Assembly (NCBI GenBank): GCA_037444405.1
Contig: JBBIML010000008.1
Coordinates: forward strand, 96,001 to 160,000
DNA: 64,000 nt
Origin: Armatimonadota bacterium
GTDB lineage: Bacteria; Armatimonadota; Fimbriimonadia; Fimbriimonadales; GBS-DC
Direction: 5' to 3'
Below the pieces are notes generated by a model. That model was not told the DNA's origin and did no database searches. It worked only from the letters and a program-made list of their open reading frames with translations. Position 1 is the first letter of the stretch, and each line of letters opens with the position of its first letter. A program made the position numbers and the translations under genes. Below, piece after piece: positions 60,117 through 64,000 of the stretch.

Positions 60117-60629
60117 ATGAGAAACTGGGTTCTGCCAGGGCTGTTGTTCGGAGTGGCACTGCTGCTGCTGTTCGTGGCGCCCGCTGGAGCAGAGCTGCGC
60201 GTGCGCCAGAAGCTGCCCGAAATGACCCTCACCGACCTCAAGGGCAACACGGTGAAACTCGGCGGCAAGCAGGATAAAGTGTACCTGATCGACTTCTGGG
60301 CGACCTGGTGCGGTCCCTGCCGCGCCGCCATCCCCTTCCTGCAGGAGCTGCACGATAAATACTCCAAGCGCGGGCTGGTGGTCGTCGGCATCGCGCTCGA
60401 CTCTGGCTCCGAAGCGGAGGTGCGCGCCTTCGTGGAACATAACGAGATAACCTACACCATCTGCGTGCCCAAAAACGAGGCAGAGGTTCAGCGCAAATAT
60501 CGCATCAATGGCTACCCCACGATGTATATTGTGGACAAGAAGGGCGTTATCCGCTATGTGGGTGTGGGCTACTCCGAAGAGGAAGAGGAAGTCATCCTCA
60601 AGGTGATTGCTGACACGCTGGCAGAGTGA
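60117..60629 (+). CDS. TlpA/ResA family thiol-disulfide oxidoreductase
   Basis: Signal peptide, FWATWCGPC and YPT. Confidence 0.9.
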   Translation: MRNWVLPGLLFGVALLLLFVAPAGAELRVRQKLPEMTLTDLKGNTVKLGGKQDKVYLIDFWATWCGPCRAAIPFLQELHDKYSKRGLVVVGIALDSGSEAEVRAFVEHNEITYTICVPKNEAEVQRKYRINGYPTMYIVDKKGVIRYVGVGYSEEEEEVILKVIADTLAE

Positions 60630-60636
60630 ACGAATC

Positions 60637-62958
60637 ATGGAGGACGGTGAACGGCGGCTGCCGCAACCTGTCGTTGCGGTCGTTCGACAGCGGCTGGGTG
60701 CATCGGCGGTCGTTGAGTTTGGATTTGCATCTGATCTGACGCCTGAAGGGCGCTTCGGGGAGACATGGCTGGTGCTGGCGTACCCGTCTGAGCAGCAGCT
60801 CGGCTCCCTGCAAGACGCCTTACTGCTGGTTATCGGCGTCCAGCATGCTCTGATTGCGAACAGCACCAGCGCACGCCTGCCCTGGTTGCGCCGCGACAAG
60901 CCCTCCGATGAAGAAGAGACCCGCACCCTTCTTTATCTTGACCTGCCGCTGGCTCAGGTCGAATCGGTGCGCATCACGCAGCTGGTGGGCGCGTCCGCGC
61001 TGGAGGTGGTGCTGCCTGATCAGCGGGTCATCGAACTGATCCGATTCAGCCATGCGCTCACCAATCTGTTCGGGCAGGTCAAGACGCGGCTGGAGGCGAT
61101 GCTCAATCATGAGGAGCCGCCCCCGTTCGAGAAAAAGCAGTCGGTGTGCGAGCGGTGCGGGCGCCCCATCCCCGACGACTCGCTGTCGTGCCCTGCGTGC
61201 CGCTCGCAGAAACAGGTGCTGGTGCGCCTGATGCTGCTTGTGCGACCCTACTGGCGCTATATGGCGCTCGCCAGCCTCCTGGCGATGCTCAGCGCCGCCG
61301 TTGAGCTGACCCCGCCTTATCTGACCAAAGTGCTGATCGACGAGGTGCTGGTACCCCGCGCGAACGCGCAGCTGTTCGTGTGGCTGCTGCTGGGACTGGT
61401 GGGATTGCGCCTGCTGGGGACAGGCATCAACATTGCGCGCGGGCGGCTCAACGCCTGGCTGGGCAGTCGCATCGCGTTCGAACTGCGCTCGAAACTGTTT
61501 GAGCACCTGCAGTGGCTCTCGCTCAGCTATTTCGATCGGCGTCAGACGGGCGCGATCATGAGCCGCGTGACGCGCGACACCGATGCCCTCTACGACTTCC
61601 TGGTCAACAGCGCGCCCACCATCACGCTCAACCTGCTGATGGTGCTGGGCATCGGCACGGTGATGGTGCTGATGGACTGGCAGCTGAGCCTGCTGGTGCT
61701 GGTGCCCGCGCCGCTGATTGTGATGCTCTCGCGCCATGCATGGCAGCGCGTGATCCGCATCTGGCGACGGCACTGGTATCGCTGGTCGCGCCTGACCGCG
61801 CACTTAGGTGGCACGCTCTCAGGCATTCGCGAGGTCAAAGCCTTCACGCAGGAAGAGCGCGAAATCAGCGCTTTCAATCGGCGCAACTTCGAAATCGCCG
61901 AATCGGGTGAGATGGCGGGCAAAATCAACGCCAGCGTCTTCCCGCTCATCTCCTTCCTGGTGATGTCCAGCTCCTTCGTCATCTGGTATGTGGGCGGGCG
62001 CGGCGTGCTGAACGGCACCTTCGAACTGGGCACGCTGGTCGCCTTCCTCGCCTACATCGGCATGCTGTTCGGACCGCTGAGCATCATCACCAACATCATG
62101 GACTGGGCGTCGCGCACCGTGACGGCAGCCGAGCGCGTGTTCGAACTGCTCGACACCGAGCCCGAAGTGCGCGACCGACCCGACGCAAAGCCGCTGCCCG
62201 AAGTCAAAGGCGAGATTATCTTTGAGGATGTTACCTTCGGCTACGAGAAGTATCATCCCGTGTTGCACGACATCAATCTACACATTCGCCCTGGCGAGAT
62301 GATCGGGCTGGTGGGTCCGTCGGGCGCAGGCAAAAGCACGCTGATCAATCTGGTGTGCCGCTTCTACGACCCCACGCGCGGGCGGATACTGATCGACGGG
62401 CACGACCTGCGCGAGGTGCGCATGCGCGATCTGCGGCGACATATCGGCGTGGTGCTGCAGGACACCTTCCTCTTTCCGGGCACGATTCGGGACAACATCG
62501 CCTACGCGCGTCCCGAAGCCACCCAGGAAGAGATTATCGCCGCCGCCAAAGCCGCTAATGCGCACGATTTCATCATGCGCTTCCCCGATGGCTACGATAC
62601 ATGGGTGGGCGAGCGGGGGCACCGGCTGTCGGGCGGCGAGCGCCAGCGCATCGCGATTGCCCGCGCCATCCTGCGCAACCCCAAAATCCTCATTCTGGAC
62701 GAGGCGACCGCCTCTGTGGACACCGAGACCGAACGCCTCATCCAGGAAGCGCTGGAGCGGCTCGTGCAGAACCGCACTACCATCGCGATTGCGCACCGAC
62801 TCAGCACCCTGCGCAACGCCGACCGACTGGTAGTGCTGGAGCGGGGACGCATCGTGGAGACGGGCACGCATGACGACCTGATAGAAAAGGGTGGCGTGTA
62901 CCATCGCCTTGTCACGATGCAGATGGAGCTGAGCAAATCGCGCCTGTTTGTGGGCTAA
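60637..62958 (+). CDS. ABC exporter (TMD+NBD) with N-terminal extension and Zn ribbon
   Basis: CERC...CPAC, GPSGAGKST, LSGGERQR and LDEAT. Confidence 0.92.
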   Translation: MEDGERRLPQPVVAVVRQRLGASAVVEFGFASDLTPEGRFGETWLVLAYPSEQQLGSLQDALLLVIGVQHALIANSTSARLPWLRRDKPSDEEETRTLLYLDLPLAQVESVRITQLVGASALEVVLPDQRVIELIRFSHALTNLFGQVKTRLEAMLNHEEPPPFEKKQSVCERCGRPIPDDSLSCPACRSQKQVLVRLMLLVRPYWRYMALASLLAMLSAAVELTPPYLTKVLIDEVLVPRANAQLFVWLLLGLVGLRLLGTGINIARGRLNAWLGSRIAFELRSKLFEHLQWLSLSYFDRRQTGAIMSRVTRDTDALYDFLVNSAPTITLNLLMVLGIGTVMVLMDWQLSLLVLVPAPLIVMLSRHAWQRVIRIWRRHWYRWSRLTAHLGGTLSGIREVKAFTQEEREISAFNRRNFEIAESGEMAGKINASVFPLISFLVMSSSFVIWYVGGRGVLNGTFELGTLVAFLAYIGMLFGPLSIITNIMDWASRTVTAAERVFELLDTEPEVRDRPDAKPLPEVKGEIIFEDVTFGYEKYHPVLHDINLHIRPGEMIGLVGPSGAGKSTLINLVCRFYDPTRGRILIDGHDLREVRMRDLRRHIGVVLQDTFLFPGTIRDNIAYARPEATQEEIIAAAKAANAHDFIMRFPDGYDTWVGERGHRLSGGERQRIAIARAILRNPKILILDEATASVDTETERLIQEALERLVQNRTTIAIAHRLSTLRNADRLVVLERGRIVETGTHDDLIEKGGVYHRLVTMQMELSKSRLFVG

Positions 62959-62977
62959 GAGGAGGTATCCTCAAGGC

Positions 62978-64000
62978 GTGATTGAAGGCACGCTCTGGCT
63001 GAAGGCGGGGCGCGAGAAGAAAATCCGCCATCTCTACCCGTGGGTTCAGCGTGGGGAGGTTGCGCGTGTGGACGGCTCGCCCACCGACGGTGGTCTGGTT
63101 CACCTGCGGGCGCACGATGGCAGCTGGCTCGGCATCGCCACCTACAACAGCCGCAGCCGATTCCCCGCCCGCATCCTGACCCTTCAGGATGAAGCCATCG
63201 ACACCACCTTCTTCGCCCGCCGATTACAACATGCCCTGCAACTGCGCCAGCGACTGATCAGCGACACCAACGCCTATCGCCTGCTGTTCGGCGAGGCGGA
63301 CGGCGTACCCGGACTGATTGTGGATCGATATGCAGACTATCTGATCGTGCAGGTACGCACGCTGGGCATGGAGCGTCTCAAACCACTCTGGCTCCCTGCG
63401 CTGATAGAGGTTCTCCAGCCTGCAGGCATACTGGAGCGCAGTGAGATGGAATCGCGCCAGGAGGAGGGACTAACGCCCTTCACGGGCATCCTGCACGGCG
63501 AAGTGCCAGAGCTGATCCCCATCACAGAAAGCGAGCTGCAGTTCCTTGTGCCCACGCGAAGCGGGCTGAAAACGGGCTTCTATCTGGATCAGCGCGAGAA
63601 TCGGCGGCAACTTGCGCGCATGGTTCAGCCAGATGAGCGTGTGCTGGACCTGTTCTGCTACACGGGCGCGTTCGCGCTCTACGCCGCACGAGCAGGCGCA
63701 CAAGCCATCGGCGTCGATATTCTGCCCGAAGCGATTGCGCTCGCCCGCCAGCACGCCGAAATGAACCATCTGCAGGCAGAGTGGGTGGTCGCAAACGCCT
63801 TCGAGTGGCTGCCGGCTGCTGCCGAGCGCAGCGAGCTGTTTGACTGGGTGATTCTGGACCCGCCTGCAATTGCCAAGCGGCGCGAGCAGCGCGAATCGCT
63901 GCGCTGGGCGCTCTGGAAACTGGTCTATCACGCGCTCCCCCTCCTGAAACCGAACGGGCGATTGCTGGTGTGCAGTTGTGCCTACGCGCTGGATTTGAGC
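62978..64000 (+). CDS. rlmI: RlmI/RlmK-like 23S rRNA m5C methyltransferase (runs off window end)
   Basis: Manual translation: GTG-IEGTLWLKAGREKKIRHLYPWV, GEADGVPGLIVDRY, KTGFYLDQRENR, VLDLFCYTG and LDPPA. Confidence 0.85.
   Translation, partial: MIEGTLWLKAGREKKIRHLYPWVQRGEVARVDGSPTDGGLVHLRAHDGSWLGIATYNSRSRFPARILTLQDEAIDTTFFARRLQHALQLRQRLISDTNAYRLLFGEADGVPGLIVDRYADYLIVQVRTLGMERLKPLWLPALIEVLQPAGILERSEMESRQEEGLTPFTGILHGEVPELIPITESELQFLVPTRSGLKTGFYLDQRENRRQLARMVQPDERVLDLFCYTGAFALYAARAGAQAIGVDILPEAIALARQHAEMNHLQAEWVVANAFEWLPAAAERSELFDWVILDPPAIAKRREQRESLRWALWKLVYHALPLLKPNGRLLVCSCAYALDLS

Overview
Gene-dense, GC-rich (roughly 60-65%, by eye) bacterial chromosomal window of about 55 CDSs. It is probably from an Armatimonadota (Fimbriimonadia-like) organism. 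That is an inference from the DVNNDGVVDDADLLxVLFxFG dockerin-like motif, DUF1559/H-X9-DG proteins and diderm envelope genes. Most genes are scattered housekeeping genes: recG, rluD, ispH, secDF, tkt, sucD, CCA enzyme, MCC subunits, and rplJ-rplL with an L10 leader. There are three lower-GC patches: a nuclease-like + PIN pair at 11.6-12.9 kb, a dockerin-motif gene at 16.9-17.7 kb, and a decaying glycan-modification locus at 49.7-58.7 kb. I saw no rRNA, tRNA, CRISPR array, integrase or transposase. The most interesting unexplained structure: (i) a 103-bp tandem amplification of a GTAG-REP doublet that carries the 3' end of a gene, plus REP and other palindromic elements inserted in frame in genes; (ii) a phage-like Rad52/Sak-type annealing-protein candidate with its own strong promoter, coupled to rluD; (iii) a PD-(D/E)XK-like gene coupled to a PIN toxin with no separate antitoxin; (iv) a candidate ~70-nt sRNA with promoter and terminator; (v) a pentaheme cytochrome coupled to a beta-propeller/DUF1559-like fusion; (vi) pervasive leaderless-type promoters, including two back-to-back palindromic -10 pairs. 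All calls come from reading motifs; no searches were run.
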